DNA of 64,000 nucleotides from Squalus acanthias (Eukaryota). The notes below the pieces were generated by a model. It was not told the origin of the DNA, did no database searches, and worked only from the letters and a program-made list of their open reading frames with translations. Position 1 is the first letter of the stretch. The number at the start of each line of letters is the position of its first letter. The position numbers and the translations under genes were made by a program. The stretch is taken from positions 133,612,001 to 133,676,000 of the forward strand of contig CM059431.1 in the NCBI GenBank assembly GCA_030390025.1. The letters run 5' to 3'. Below, one piece after another: positions 50,171 through 63,157 of this stretch.

Positions 50171-52231
50171 CTTGTCAAAACCTTAGGGGGTGGGGAAGGA
50201 GTAAATCAAAATAGCAGGTCTCGGACTTGCAGTAACCAAATCAAGAAAACAGGTCACTTTGTAAACATTCAAATTGATTTAAAACAAGACCATACATCTT
50301 TAATTTAAACTGCATAAAGCAATAGCAGTTTTTTTTATAGCTGTAATCCAATTAAAGGAAAGTGCTTTGAAGAGTTCAAATTGATCGACTACCAGATACC
50401 ATGGCAACCGTAACTTCAAGGCTGAATCTTATCTTTTGTGAAACAAACTCTTTGTGCTTTTCACAGTTGCACCAGTAAACCTCAGTCAAAATAAATCCAC
50501 ACCATCGTCTTTCACTTAAAATGTCAATGACAAAAGTTTAAAATATTGATCTCTGTAATGGGTTATGAACAAAGAAAGTGCCAAATTTGATGTGATATTC
50601 CCAGGTTGCAAGCTCAAGGAACATTCACATAGTTTAAATCAGTTCAAAACCAAAACAGGACTTGAAGTATTTCAGAAATAATACGCGTGTGTGTATATAT
50701 ATAATACACATAGAGAAAACGATTAAAAAACTTAAAAACAGCATATGCTTATAGAAACTGACACCAAAAGCAAACCTTCAAGCAAAAGAAATGCTGTAGA
50801 AACATTTGTAGCATTCTTAATGTTAAGCCCTCAGCAGTTTTACACATTCACACACACTTTCCTACATACTGAAACCACAAACAGCAGCCTTTGCCTGCTG
50901 TGACAGGACTGATGTTAACCTCTGTTTCTAACCCTTTCTTTTCCTTGTCATCATTATCTTTTGCCGTTCCTCTAACATGCATACCCACTTATCAGCATAT
51001 GCTTCAAAGGGGTTTGACTGACGGTCCTCGACCTGGAACTATTCCACTCTCCTTGGTAACTTCATTGCTATGTATCTTGGATTGCTGCTTCTATTTTCCA
51101 CCCACCTCTGCCCAGAACACCTGTTTCTGTTCGGATATTGGACACAGTATTTTTGATTGACTATGTCAGGTCCCTGTTCGGGCACCACTTAATCTATAGG
51201 GTTACAGATGTTCCAGTGACTCGTGAACCTGGACAGTAGCCAGCCAAAGAAGGTCACGCTACTCTGTATGTTAATCAAAGTTATCTTTAATGATTTAACA
51301 TTGCACACAGCACTAAAACAGTTTACACAAGCATAAAGACAGCATCAAGCAATACATACGACCTTTAAATCCAAGGATCTTAGCATCAAGGCAGAAGAGT
51401 GATCAGCTCCCTCATAGCTCTTGAAGTTTCTTCTTTTTCTTGGACATCCTTCCTCCAGGTTAAACTTCTTAAGGCTCATCTGACTGCAATAAAGAACCTG
51501 CTGCAATGTCCTATTTTTATATAATTTTTGCCAGTTGGAGTGTGAATTCAAGTCAAGAGAAGTCCCATTTTGGCCACTCCAGTGGGTTAATTAATGTTGG
51601 AGGGTTGGCTGGGCCACTCAAAATCATGTGAGCTCAGGTACTGTATTTTAGTTGTCTTTCTGTTTTTCCAAGTCAGTTGATTTGAGAACCAAAATTATTT
51701 AAGAACCAAAAGCCTGTTCAAAGCTTTTCAAAATTTCTGCATTTCTTAAAGGCAGCTTGCATCTCTTAAAGGGGAGGTGCATTCTGGCTGCAGCAGGTGA
51801 TTCAACTGTTTGGGGAACAGAATCTGAGCAGGAACAACACAGTGTAATGGCACAACAGGGCAGAGAACGTGCTGCAAGGTTCTCGGATGCAGCACTGGAG
51901 GCCTTGGTGCAGGAGGTAGACAGGATGAGAGAGGTCCTATATCCACAGAGGGCCAGGAGGCCCTCCAGACAAACTCTGAGAAGGCAATTGGAGCAGATAG
52001 CCTTCACGGCCAATGCCAGCAGTGTAGCCCCAAGGACCTGGATGCCGTGCCACAAGAAGTTTAATGACCTCACAAGTGATCAAGGTCAGTGAATTCATCC
52101 TCAAATGTCATATCCTTAAACTGTACCACTAGGCTCAGACACTGCTCAATTCACCATCCTCCCTTCACTCACCTACCAAAATCTCTATCAATCACGACTC
52201 ATACTTCACATTCATAGCATCACCTCATCCT

Positions 52232-53827
52232 TGTAAGGGGTCACGGTACTGGTGCGAGGTGAGGCCTTTGTTGCCTATACTATTGCTTGCTCTGGTCTCC
52301 GGCCAGACTTTTGCAATAAGCACCTGTGAGTGGTTCGACCCACTCGCCCTTACGGTTCTGACACCTGGACTTAGATGCAAGGAGCAGTAATGCAGAGAAA
52401 AGACTCAAATAGACCTGGTCGAATAGCACGAAATGAATGTCTTTATTGCATGGCGTCTAAAATCATGAAATACATGTCATAGGCGCAGATCAAAGAGAGT
52501 ACAAGTATACACACATTCATAAAACTTGGTCTATGGAAATGGGGAACACACGACACATCGTAAAAGGGGGAACACATTATACATTAACCTTAGAAAAACC
52601 ACCCTCCCTCAATATACCTAAACTACGTCTGGATTTGTAGGATCGGAAAACATGCTCACCACTCGGCTCACTTCAGAAATTTAAAGTGAGGCACTCAGCT
52701 CGTTTCGCTGCAGCGCCTGACTGTCACGTGGTTGTAAGGGTTTCTGCACCACACTTGTTTACTCTCGCTGCCGCGAAAGGTAAGCCAGATTCCCTGATGT
52801 CATGAAGTGGTCGATGGATTCAGACCGGATCGTGGAGTAGTCCATAGAATTCAAAGAAAACGGTTGATGTAGTAGTCTGTAGAATTCAAAGATGGATTCT
52901 GTCGTTATATCTTCGGGCGCGGTCGGGGTTTACTGACCGCGGCGGCACGTGGAATTTCTTCTCGTCTTTCTTCTGGTTACTCGGGCCTCTGGGTCCGGAC
53001 ACCGTTTACCGACGCTCGGGATGGTGTACCCTGTTATTGGCCCTGTCGAGGTGGCTCGTTCCGATTGAGCTCCACCCAACACTCGAATAACCGACCAGCA
53101 CAGCGAAGAGTCAAGAGCCAAGAGTCAAGGAAGAGTCCAGGAAGAGCGCGAGAGAGTCAAGAGAGAGCCCAGGAAGCCAGAGAGCGATGGACATCTGTTC
53201 CCTATAGTTATACTGCTTTGTCGGCCTTATCTCCCGCTCAAATCTAAACGTTTATTCTTTGTGTGATTTTGGCGCCCAAAACTCCCAGCATGGGGTGATT
53301 ATCTTCTTAACGGGTTTCGGTAACACCTGAAACTGACCAACTATCCATTAATACCTTCTCCATTGTTGAGCCAGCCAGGATGTGTATGAATCGTCTCCTC
53401 GACTGGTTTTGGGGCCCCCCGAATACTGGCTTAATCACCCGCCAATGTCTCTCTCATTGTTGAGCCGGGGGGGTATTTGTGTATTGATGTGTCTGGATGG
53501 GTTCTCGATGGCCCAGTTCAATGATCCTTACTGTGCGTAGGAAACGATTCCAGCACTTATATCATTGCTATTGTTCAGGATGCAAACGGGTTGCATCTTG
53601 CCTTTTCAATGTGTACCGAGTATGATCCGATCTCATACTGAATGTATATTCGACGCCATCTTGTCTGCCCACTGTGTCTCTGGAAGCTTCTGCCACGATG
53701 CGCGGCAGCCATTTTACAGGCTTCTGTGTCCTTTATTATCAGGACAGCATTTCGTTTAATAAAAATGATCAATCGAATCTGCTTCTCTCATGTTAATTTT
53801 GAATCGCGATAATTGCGAAACTCTACA
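52232..53827 (-). mobile_element. Solo LTR, 1596 bp (ERV/gypsy-like)
   Basis: TGTA...TACA termini; 4-bp flanks TCCT/CCCT; on - strand TATAAC (~53210) and AATAAA (52442-52447); Harbinger intron rejoins across it. Confidence 0.75.
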
Positions 53828-54606
53828 CCCTCACAAACTTAGCACTGCTGCAAGCCTCACACTCACATCTCACAGCTTGCACACACTGCCAGCTATTCAA
53901 CCATGACAGACACATCACCCAAATACATTGCACCACACTCACTGACACACTTCCCTCTCTCTTGCAGGCCAAGGTGCCTCTTAACCGGAGGCAGCAGGGA
54001 CTACCCGCAGGGAGACAGGCGCGCCTGCATGACCTAACCCTCATGGAGGAGACGGTGCTGGAGATAATTGGTGTGGCCATCACTGATCCTGTGGTCACCG
54101 ACGGAGTGAAACAATTGAAGCTGACAGTATCCTCATACCTAATCCTGCTTCTCACATCCCACTCCCCTCATCCCACAATCTCTTCTGATTTACAAGCTGC
54201 AGATGGTGTAAGCATACACCTCTTGCTTTCCCCACCTCCCCCCACCGCAGCACCACCCTTGTGCCTTTCTTTTTTCAGATATCCAAGAACTGCAACCTGG
54301 CCAGGTAGTGGTGGAGGAGCAAGAACTGGAAGAGGAAGAAGGAAGTGATGCTGAAGATGCACCGTCACTCGATTTCACACTCGCAGCCACCGGCTCAGAT
54401 ACTGACACTCTGCGTACTTTAGAGGATAGGTTAGACGCAGGATCTGCATGTGGTGAGACACCAGGCATGAGTGGCCTGCAGCCAAGGCAGGGGGCAAGGT
54501 TAGCGCAGGTGCCAGTTCCCCGGAGGGCGAGGTTGCACATGAGTTCTGCTGCACAGGACTCAGATGGGGACTTCAATGGGGCGGCCTACAGAAGAAGGCT
54601 GATGGG

Positions 54607-55510
54607 TAAGAACATAAGAAATAGGAGCAGGAGTAGGCCATTCAGCCCTTCGAGCCTGCTCCACCATTCAATGAGATCATGGCTGATCTTCTGCCTCAAT
54701 TCCATTCACCAGCCTTATCGCCATAAACTTTGATGCCCTTACTAGTCAGAAATCTATTGACTTCTGTTTTGAATATACCCAATGACTGAGCCTCCACAGC
54801 CCTCTGGGGTAGAGAATTCCAAAGATTCACCACCCTCTGTGTGAAGAAATGTCTTCTTATCTCAGTCCTGAATGGCCAACCCTTTATCTTGAGGCTGTGG
54901 CCCCTGGTTCTAGACTCCCCAGCCAAGGGAAACATTTTCCCAGCATCCACCCTATCAAGCCCTGTAATAATTTTGTATGCTTCAATGAGATCCCCTCTCA
55001 TTCTTCTGAATTCAAGAGAATACAGGCCTAGTTTACTCAATCTCTTCTCATACGACAGTCCCGCCATCCCAGGAATCAATCTCGTGAACCTTTGTTGTAA
55101 CTCCCTCTATGGCAAGTCTATCCTTCCTTAGGTAAGGAGACCAAAATTGTACACAGTACCCCAGGTGTGGTCTCACCAAGGCCCTATATAATTGGAGTAA
55201 GACTTCTTTAGTCTTGTACTCAAATCCTCTTATAATGAAGGCCAGCATACCATTGCCTTCCTAATGGTTTGCTGCACCTGCACATTCACTTTCAGTGACT
55301 CATGTACAAGGACACCCAGGTCCCTTTGAGCATCTGCATTCCCCAATCTTTCACTATTTAAGAAATACTCTGCCTTTCTGTTTTTTCTACCAAAGTGGAT
55401 AACTTCACATTTATCCACATTATAATCCATCTGCCATGTTCTCGCCCACTCACTGAGCCTGTCGAGATCCCCTTGAAGCCTCTTCGCATCCTCTTCGCAA
55501 CTGACACTGT
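54607..55510 (-). mobile_element. CR1 3' fragment in Harbinger B Myb exon 3
   Basis: ORFs 54696..55079, 55048..55248, 55230..55520. Confidence 0.9.
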
Positions 55511-55540
55511 CAGTATGCACAATGAACTGCTTGGTGCATT

Positions 55541-55852
55541 GGCATAGTGGTTAGCACTGTTGCCTCACAGCGCCAGGGACCCGGGTTCGAATCCGGCCTT
55601 GGGTGACTGTCTGTGTGGAGTTTGCACATTCTCCCCGTGTCTGCGTGGGTTTCCTCCGGGTGCTCCGGTTTCCTCCCACAGTCCAAAGATGTGCGGGTTA
55701 GGTTGATTTGGCTATGATAAATTGACCTTAGTGTTAGGGTGATTAAATACGTGGGGTTACGGGGATAGGGTGGGATATGTGTCGGTGCAGGCTCGATGGG
55801 CTGAAATGGCCTCTATCTGCACTGTGGGGATTCTGTGAAATTCTGTGAAAAA
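55541..55852 (+). mobile_element. HE1-type V-SINE
   Basis: tRNA head GGCATAGTGGTTAGCAC..GGGTTCGAATCC; V-domain TGTGTGGAGTTTGCACATTCTCCCCGTGTCTGCGTGGGTTTCCTCCGGGTGCTCCGGTTTCCTCCCAC; CR1-like tail. Confidence 0.9.
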
Positions 55853-57872
55853 AGCCTGAGCGCAATGTCAAGGAGCATGAAGGAGTCTGGCACCAACCTT
55901 CTGCAGAGCTTGGAGCCCATTCTTTACAGCATGGAAGTGATGGGAAACTCCATTAGTACACTTGTGGACACAACCATGATGCAGCGTCTGATGGCCAATG
56001 TCTCAGCTTCCATTGCAGCACAAGCAGAAGCCACCCAACGTCTGGGTGCTGCAGTGGAAGCTCAGACTTCTGTCATCGTGGCTCTGATTACCAGTGTTGA
56101 ATGGGGCTTGCAGGGTATCACAGCAGTCCAGCAATCTGTCCTCTCAATGACATCATTCATGCTCACACCGCCAGTGCCCTTGCTTTTGCCTATCAGCCAG
56201 TCAGCCCAGACTGCTGCCGCCCATGCCGAGGTGGTGCAATCCGAAACTGGGCCTTCTAGGCTCAGAGCTGCTCGAGGTCATCCTCCAAGGCCATCTGCAG
56301 TCTCCCCCACTGAAAGTCAGCAGCCATCCACCAGCTATGCTGCAGCCACTGTGGTAGCACTGCGTAGGAGCACTAGGACAGTCAAAGGCACACGAAAGAC
56401 AGGCACTAAGGGAATGCACAAGGGTGATTAATTGACATGGTATGTAATATTGGATGGTTTGATTTATAAAGTTGGTTTGGCATGTTCATTTTGTGGTGGC
56501 ATTTATTGTAGCATTGTGGCCAAGAGGACGCTGTGATGGTCAATAACAAAGGGAAGGGAAGGTGTGGTACTGTTGGTGAATGTGGAATTGGGTTTGCGTA
56601 CACTGGTACTGCAGTCGGATGAGTCAATCATGGACAGCCCGGCCAGAAAGAGGCTGTGTTGGTTGCCTCATCCCTTCCTCCTCCTGCTCCTCCTCTTCCT
56701 CCTGCTCCTCCTCAGCTCTTCATCATATATGTGGTGGCAAGTGCTGTGCCCTCATGATGGCGAGGTTGTGCAGCATGCAGCAGACCATGACAAATCTTGA
56801 GACGTGCTCTGGTGAGTACTGCTGGGCTCGTCCAGAACGGTCAAGGCAGCGGAAGCATTGTTTAAGCAATGGTCTGTTCGATCACATTCCGTGTGGCAGC
56901 ATGGCTTTCGTAATATGCCTGCTGCCTACGTGTGCTTGGGTTGCGCACCCGAGTTATGAGGCAGGTGTTCAGCGACTAGCCCTTGTCGCCCAGTAGCCAC
57001 CTGGTTTGTTGTGGTGGCACAAATGCGGATGGTACAGCGGACTGCTGCATAATGAAGGCATCGTGGCTGCTGCCAGGATATCGGGCATTGACTTGCATGA
57101 TGCGCTGAGTATGGTCGCACCCCATTTGGACATTGAGGGATTGGAATCCTTTCCTGTTGCGGTACAGCCCCGACCTCACATGTGGTGCCCGCAAAGTGGT
57201 GTGTGTGCAGTCAATGGCACCCTGCACCATGGGGAAGCCTGCTATCCTGGTGAAGCTGCATGCTCGCTCCGCCTGCTTCTCACTGGCCAGAGAGAATGAA
57301 ATGTATTCAGCTCTCTTTGCATACAGAGCCTCAGTGACCTCCCTTGTGCAACATTGCACGGCAAACTGGGAGACGTTGGAAATATCACCTGCTCCAGCCT
57401 GGAAGGAGTCCAACGCATAAAATTTCATGGCCTCTGGTTCACCTTCACAGCCACTGACAATGCCGCCCTCGGCCTGCTCCGAGGCTGCAGTTCTGCCTGC
57501 AACAGGTGGCAGATTTCAGTGAGCACTTCCTTGGTGAAGCAAACACGTCGCATACACTGTTCCTCGCTGAGGTTGAGATAGGAGACTTGCTCCCTGTTTA
57601 CCCTGGATGGATATGGCCTCCAGCTGAGAGGCCTTCTCCCGCTCCTCCTCCTCCCTCTTTGAGCAACTTGTCCTCCTCTGTGTCACCTCTGCTTATTCTC
57701 CCGGTCATGCTGCAGGTCAAGGGGGATACAAACTACTGCACCCATGTCTGGGAGCAACTGGTCTGAGCATAAACCGTATAGTAACCTGCCACACCACTCC
57801 CTGGAGACTTCAGCAACTTCAAATCAGATAACAAACCATCAAACACTTCTACAAATTCACCAAGAGCCAGTA

Positions 57873-58170
57873 AACATAGAAACATAGAAAAACATAGAAA
57901 CATAGAATCTAGGAGCAGGAGTAGGCCATTCGGCCCGTCGAGCCTGCTCCACCATTCAATACGATCATGGCTGATCATCCAAATCCAGTACCCTGTCCCT
58001 GCTTTAATCCCCACAGTACACATATCCCACCCGACCCCCGTAACCCCACGTATTTAATTCCCCCTAACATATCCCATCCTATCCCCATAACCCCACATAT
58101 TTAATCCCCCCCTAACACTAAGGGTCAATTTATCATAGCCAAATCAACCTAACCCGCACATTTTTGGACA
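57873..58170 (-). mobile_element. CR1 3' tail (57873-58005) adjoining an HE1 SINE 3' half with an internal duplication
   Basis: (AAACATAG)n; reverse complement of 55680-55780 with a ~47-bp unit duplicated. Confidence 0.75.
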
Positions 58171-59196
58171 TCAATCAAATAGAAATCAATCAGCAACTAA
58201 TCTGAAAGTAGTTGATGCAGCGTTGAAGGGGGTGTTCTTCCTGCTGCTCCACGCGTCTAAGTTAGCTGAAGTGTTGAGGTTGAAAATGGCAGCGCTGGCA
58301 TCAAATCAGCATTGCACGCTGATTGACGTCACGATCTGCGTATTCTGCATACTTCCGGTGCACGCTCCAAGCACCTGCGCTAATGACCTACCCAAAATGC
58401 AGTCCGGCACGGCCTGCACCAGGAGTGTGTGTGTGCATCGCGGATGCCGTTTTGCACCTGAATCAGCACCTGTAGCGCCAAAAAAAGGGCGCTATGGAGC
58501 CGAATTTAGCAGCCTGAATGTTCAAATGTAATTTCCAAACAGGCAAAGTTAACCCTTTCCTTCATCATCATTACCAAATCTGCTGATATAGGGGCTGCCA
58601 TTGTTGTACAGTGGACTGACCTTTACCATGTTGAGGCCAAACACCAACTCTTTGGCAACTCTTTGGCTGGAATTTTCCCGTTGCTGAGCGTGCGGGTTTG
58701 GGGCGTATAAATCGTCGAAATTGCCAGCGCGTCGGGAACCCGCCATCATCCCACCGACTTCCGCACTATGCCGAGTTTCCCAGCGCGTCACGGACCCAAT
58801 CGGGACAGGCAGGCGACCTCATTCAACTAATTATCTGCTTGTTGAGAGACCCTTCAAATGGTTTTTAACAGCAGCTTTTGGCTTTAACTTCAGGAGCGCA
58901 GGATTCATGCACCTCGGGAACCTTGCCTGTGAAGGGGAGGTGGAAGCTCAGTGGCCATTGTGCGAGGGCATTAATTGAGAGCTGTGAAAAACACAAATAC
59001 TCACACATTATACCTGATTACTTGGCTAATGGAAAGGCTCTTGCTGACTCCATTTTGTGCGGTGATTTAACTGTCAGCAGTTTGCAGGTCATTTCTGCAA
59101 CCTCGGAAGCCACTCTCACCACATTGCTAGTCATTATCAGAACATTGAGGGATTGGGCCTCTGATCTCCACTTTACCTGCCATCTATTACAACAGC

Positions 59197-60288
59197 ATGG
59201 GTGCTGCTTATGCTGTCTCACCTTGGACCTAGGAATCGGACCAAGATGAGCCCCAGCAGCCACAACACCAGCAGCAGCCACAACACCAGCAGCAGCAGCA
59301 ACCACAACAGCAGCCTTCTCCTCAATGACCTGATGCTCCATAGGGGAGAAGGGAACACCACAGGGCTGATTCATGCCAGAGGCGATACCCCCAACACAGG
59401 GTATACAGGCAGAGGATGAGCTTCCTGGACATGACTGAGCAGTGCTTCAGGAGGCTCAGGCTATCGCCCCAGGTCACTGCAGACATTTGTAGCTTGCTGG
59501 AACAAGACCTGCTACCCAGAGGACCTGGTGGACATGCCTTACCAGTGGCTGTCAAAGTCACCACCGCCCTCAACTTCTTCGCCTCAGGCACCTTCCAGGG
59601 ATCTGCAGCAGACATTTGTGGGATCTTGCAGTTGGCCGACAACAGATGCATCACCCAGGTGACCGATGCCATGTTTGACAAGTCAGCCAATTATGTAAAC
59701 TTTGCCACTGATGAAGCCAATGTTACTGAGCGGGTGCTCGGCTTTGCGGCTCTGGCTGGCTTCCCAAGGGTGGAGGGCGTCATCAACTGCATATATGTGG
59801 CCATCAAAGCACCCCCTCATCACCCAGGAGTGTTTGTCAACCGCAAGGGCTTCCACTCCCTCAATGTGCAGCTCGTCTGCAACCATAAAAAGATGATTCT
59901 GCATGTGTGCGCCAGATTCCCTGGCAGCTGTCATGATTCTTTCATGCTCTGCCAGTCCACCCTCCCTCAGCTCTTCACACCTCCAAACAGACTTACCGGC
60001 TGGCTGCTTGGAGACAAGCGCTGTCCACTGAAGACGTGGCTGATGATACCCTTGAGGAGGCGAAGTAATGAGGCTGAGGAGCGTTATAATGAGAGCCACA
60101 TGTTTACCAGATGTGTCATAGAGCAAGAAATAGACATGCTGAAGATGCGCTTCAGATGCCTTGACAGATCTGGAGGAGCCCTTCAGTACGTACCAGCCAG
60201 GGTCTCCAGAATCATCGTCGTCTGCTGCGCACTGCACAATATAGCACAACAGCAGGGTTTGGAGCTGCAGGAGGAGCAAGGCACTTAG
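59197..60288 (+). pseudogene. Harbinger (HARBI1-family) DDE transposase, disabled
   Basis: ATG at 59197 in frame with ORF 59416..60288 but with stops; first catalytic Asp changed (GVINCIYV vs GVIDCTHV); GDKRC instead of GDKGY. Confidence 0.88.
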
Positions 60289-60742
60289 CGCACAGCCTCT
60301 TCAGAGAAGGAAGAGGAGGAGGAGGAGCAACAGGTGGAAGATGAGGAGGAGCAGGAGGAGAAACCGGAGGTGGAGATGGCACCAGCAGTGGCGTACATTG
60401 TTGCCTGGGAGGCCAGGGATGGCCTCATCATGGCCAGATTTACTTAACTTGCTCCAATGCACCCATATAGCTGCCACATGCTATACTAAGTTCCCCCCCA
60501 CCCCTCCCACACACAACAACACCATAAAGCATCCCTACAATGACCAAGCCATTCTTGTCACCCAAACCCCCAGTGCTCGAGGTTAAGTAATGTCTCACCA
60601 TTCACTCCAAATGACATAGACACTTCCAAGGTAGCAGGCAAAAATGGATAAGACCAGAAAGTGGTGCAAAGAAATACATTTATCTGTGTCATCAAAATAA
60701 CTGAAACTGAACACTAACATTTGTTCATATACCCATGTGCAT

Positions 60743-62581
60743 CTACTTTTGTGTCTTTTTTATTTTCCGAGTGCTTCTACGAGCTGCAACCCCTGTGGCT
60801 TCAGCAGAGGTAGAGGCAGGCTGCTCACTTCCCTGCTGCCACTTGCTAGACAGTTTTGGCGGATGTCCTCTGGGGTTTGGAACCTGTGATGGCCCCGCCA
60901 AAGTCTGCTCTTCCTGCAACTGTGTAATGGAAGACTCGGAAATTGGGGGGGAGGCAACGGAGGAGAAGTGGTAGCACTTTAAGAAGAGCCCCCACTTCCA
61001 TATCACCTCTCACCATCATCCCTCTCACTGGTCACCCGCACTTCCCTGCTAGCAAGGAGCTGGAGAGCACCTTGCTGCACAGCAATGGGGCGATGAACAC
61101 GCAAGTCTAAATTCATTTCCCTCCTAGAGATGAGGTCTATGAGCTTCTGTCATCTGTTGTCCACAGCAAGCATGTGCTCATGTGACTGGTGCATTTGCTG
61201 CTCCATGCAGGTGGCCATCCTTTCCATGGAACAGCACATTATCGCCATTGCCTGCGACATGATGGTGCTCATGTTGGAGATGGACTCCTCCATTCTCTGC
61301 ACATGTGCAGACATCGCAGCTGCAAAAGCTGCCAGAGCCTCATGCAATTGTTGCTGCCCCTCCAAGATCACCCTCTGTCTCGATGGCCCCCGAGGCTCAG
61401 CGTCTACATGCAGCTGAGCAGAGCTGGGAGCGTCCTGCACCCTCCGGCGAGGATTCTCCACTGCTGTCCCTGTCAACACCATCTGCTCTTGCTCACTTGT
61501 GAAGTGTGAGACACCAGGTGACAACACTACTTTATCTCGCACAGGACCCACTTGAATCTCTGCGCTGGTGCTTGATGCGCTTGGTTCTGCTAACGCTGCA
61601 CCCTCAGGGGCTGGAGCTTCCTCTGAGGAGTCATCTTCCTCCTCCGGCTGGGCAGTCGGGGGGTGGGGGGGCACTTGATGGATCTGTGGGAGAGTAAAGA
61701 GATGATTTAGAAGTGTTATATTAAGAATGAGTTATGTTACTATTAAGCTCATGATGAATATTCACTGGCTGCTGACATCAGTCACCATATGAGTGACTGT
61801 TGTATGCCATGTGACTGTATGTGATGTAATTCTGTCACCAGGTTGCTGGGATGTCCACCTCTCTTTGTCTCCCACCACCAGCAGCTCTGCAAGTCGAGAG
61901 ATCTCCAGGGTCTCCTCCTCTGCTGGAGTTAATTGAGTGAATATTAGAGGGCCACCTCCAGTTCTCTGTCTCGCCTTATTGTTCAGGACTCTCCTCTCCT
62001 GCAAGGAGGGAAAGAAGAGAACTTTGAGTGAGAGTGATGGAATGAGTGTAAGGAACGGATGGGTTACATCTGTAGAGGGTGGCTATGAGGGAGTGGGGTG
62101 ACATTGTCAAATGGCCTCCTTCTGTGGTGTTACTTGCTATGCTTGCATTAGGATGAGGGTGAGTGTCAGTGATGGTTAGCCAGATGGGGATGTGAGTAGG
62201 TGCATAGACAGAGAGGGATGGGTGGACATGCAAGGTATGTTGGTGTGAGGAGTGATGTGCAGGAGTAGTCTTGGGAAGGCAGAGTGATGGGGATGTGGTG
62301 ACAGGCACATCAGGATGTAGGTGAGTGTGGCATTGCACTCACCTTTCCTGACCTCATGAGATCATTGAATCTCTTGCGGCACTGGATCCACATCCTCCAC
62401 ACCACATCCCTGCTGTTGACCTCCTCTGTGATCTGCAACCATGCTGTTTTGGTTTCTTTGGGTAGTCTTTTATGCCTATAAGTAGGGAAGAGGACCTCCG
62501 TGTGGCTGTCACTGCCTTCACCAGAACATCGAGGAATGCATCACTAAACCTTGGTGCTGCCCTCTGCCTTTGTCCATCCAC
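60743..62581 (-). pseudogene. Harbinger Myb/SANT-like DNA-binding gene, 3 exons (62581-62343, 61998-61839, 61683-60743), frameshifted
   Basis: RAAPRFSDAFLDVLVKAV; canonical GT-AG junctions; C-terminus ARRSTRKIKK. Confidence 0.8.
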
Positions 62582-63157
62582 GAGTGACACTTTTTTCACC
62601 TTGGTAATAGTGGCCAGGGCTCTGCAAATGACCATCCACACTCCTTCATCAACTTTCAAATGAGATGTGTGCAAGGCTGCTTTAAATATCGGCGCTGGAA
62701 ACGGGTCATCGATGACGTTATCAGACCTGCTCCATTTTTAGGACCTGGAAATGCACGAGTCTTTCAATTGGGGCCATTAAGTTAAGATCGCACTGAACAA
62801 CACGCTGCTCAGAACATCACGTTCCCGACGCGCTACGCGCCCTGCATGCACAAAACCCGTCTCCAAGGTAAAGATTCCGGCCTTTGTATTTTACTGCGAA
62901 CCACAACCCCACAACCAAGCTATTATTGCCCAGACCTTAACTGTCCTTATCTCTTCTGGAGATCTCCCCCTTCCACCCCCAGTGCCTCCAACCTCATAGT
63001 TCTCTAACCCCTTATAGCTCTCTACTGCCTCCCCAAGATACGCAAATGGCACAGTCCTGGTAGACTTTTAATGCTCTCAGGGAAACTAGGGATGGGCAAT
63101 AAATATAACCTTATCAGCGTTACCCACATCCCTCGAACAAATATATGTTAAAAAAAT

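Larger units (their letters stand above)
51750..58513 (+). mobile_element. PIF/Harbinger transposon B: Myb gene on + (51847-52084, 53968-~54126, 54279-56431), transposase on - (~56620-57750)
   Basis: MAQQGRERAARFSDAALEALVQEV..WMPCHKKFNDL; GAIDCTH, NRKGFQS, YPGSSHDA, LLGDKG; right end GAATTTAGCAGCC; left end not found. Confidence 0.85.
58665..62882 (+). mobile_element. PIF/Harbinger transposon C, both ends present (4218 bp)
   Basis: TIR GGCTGGAATTTT / AAGATTCCGGCC; TTT on both sides; Penelope flanks rejoin; convergent transposase and Myb genes. Confidence 0.9.

Noticed and set aside
51014..51040. Additional hammerhead (also CTGATGAAGG at ~42659)
   Set aside because: Core too degenerate; at most very old Penelope tails.
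55541..55600. tRNA gene (also 6470-6545 and 42778-42860)
   Set aside because: These are SINE/retroposon heads continuing into SINE bodies, without a complete cloverleaf or terminator.
59416..60288. Domesticated HARBI1 gene
   Set aside because: It lies within TIRs with a partner Myb gene, has upstream stops and altered catalytic motifs, and has paralogs in the window.
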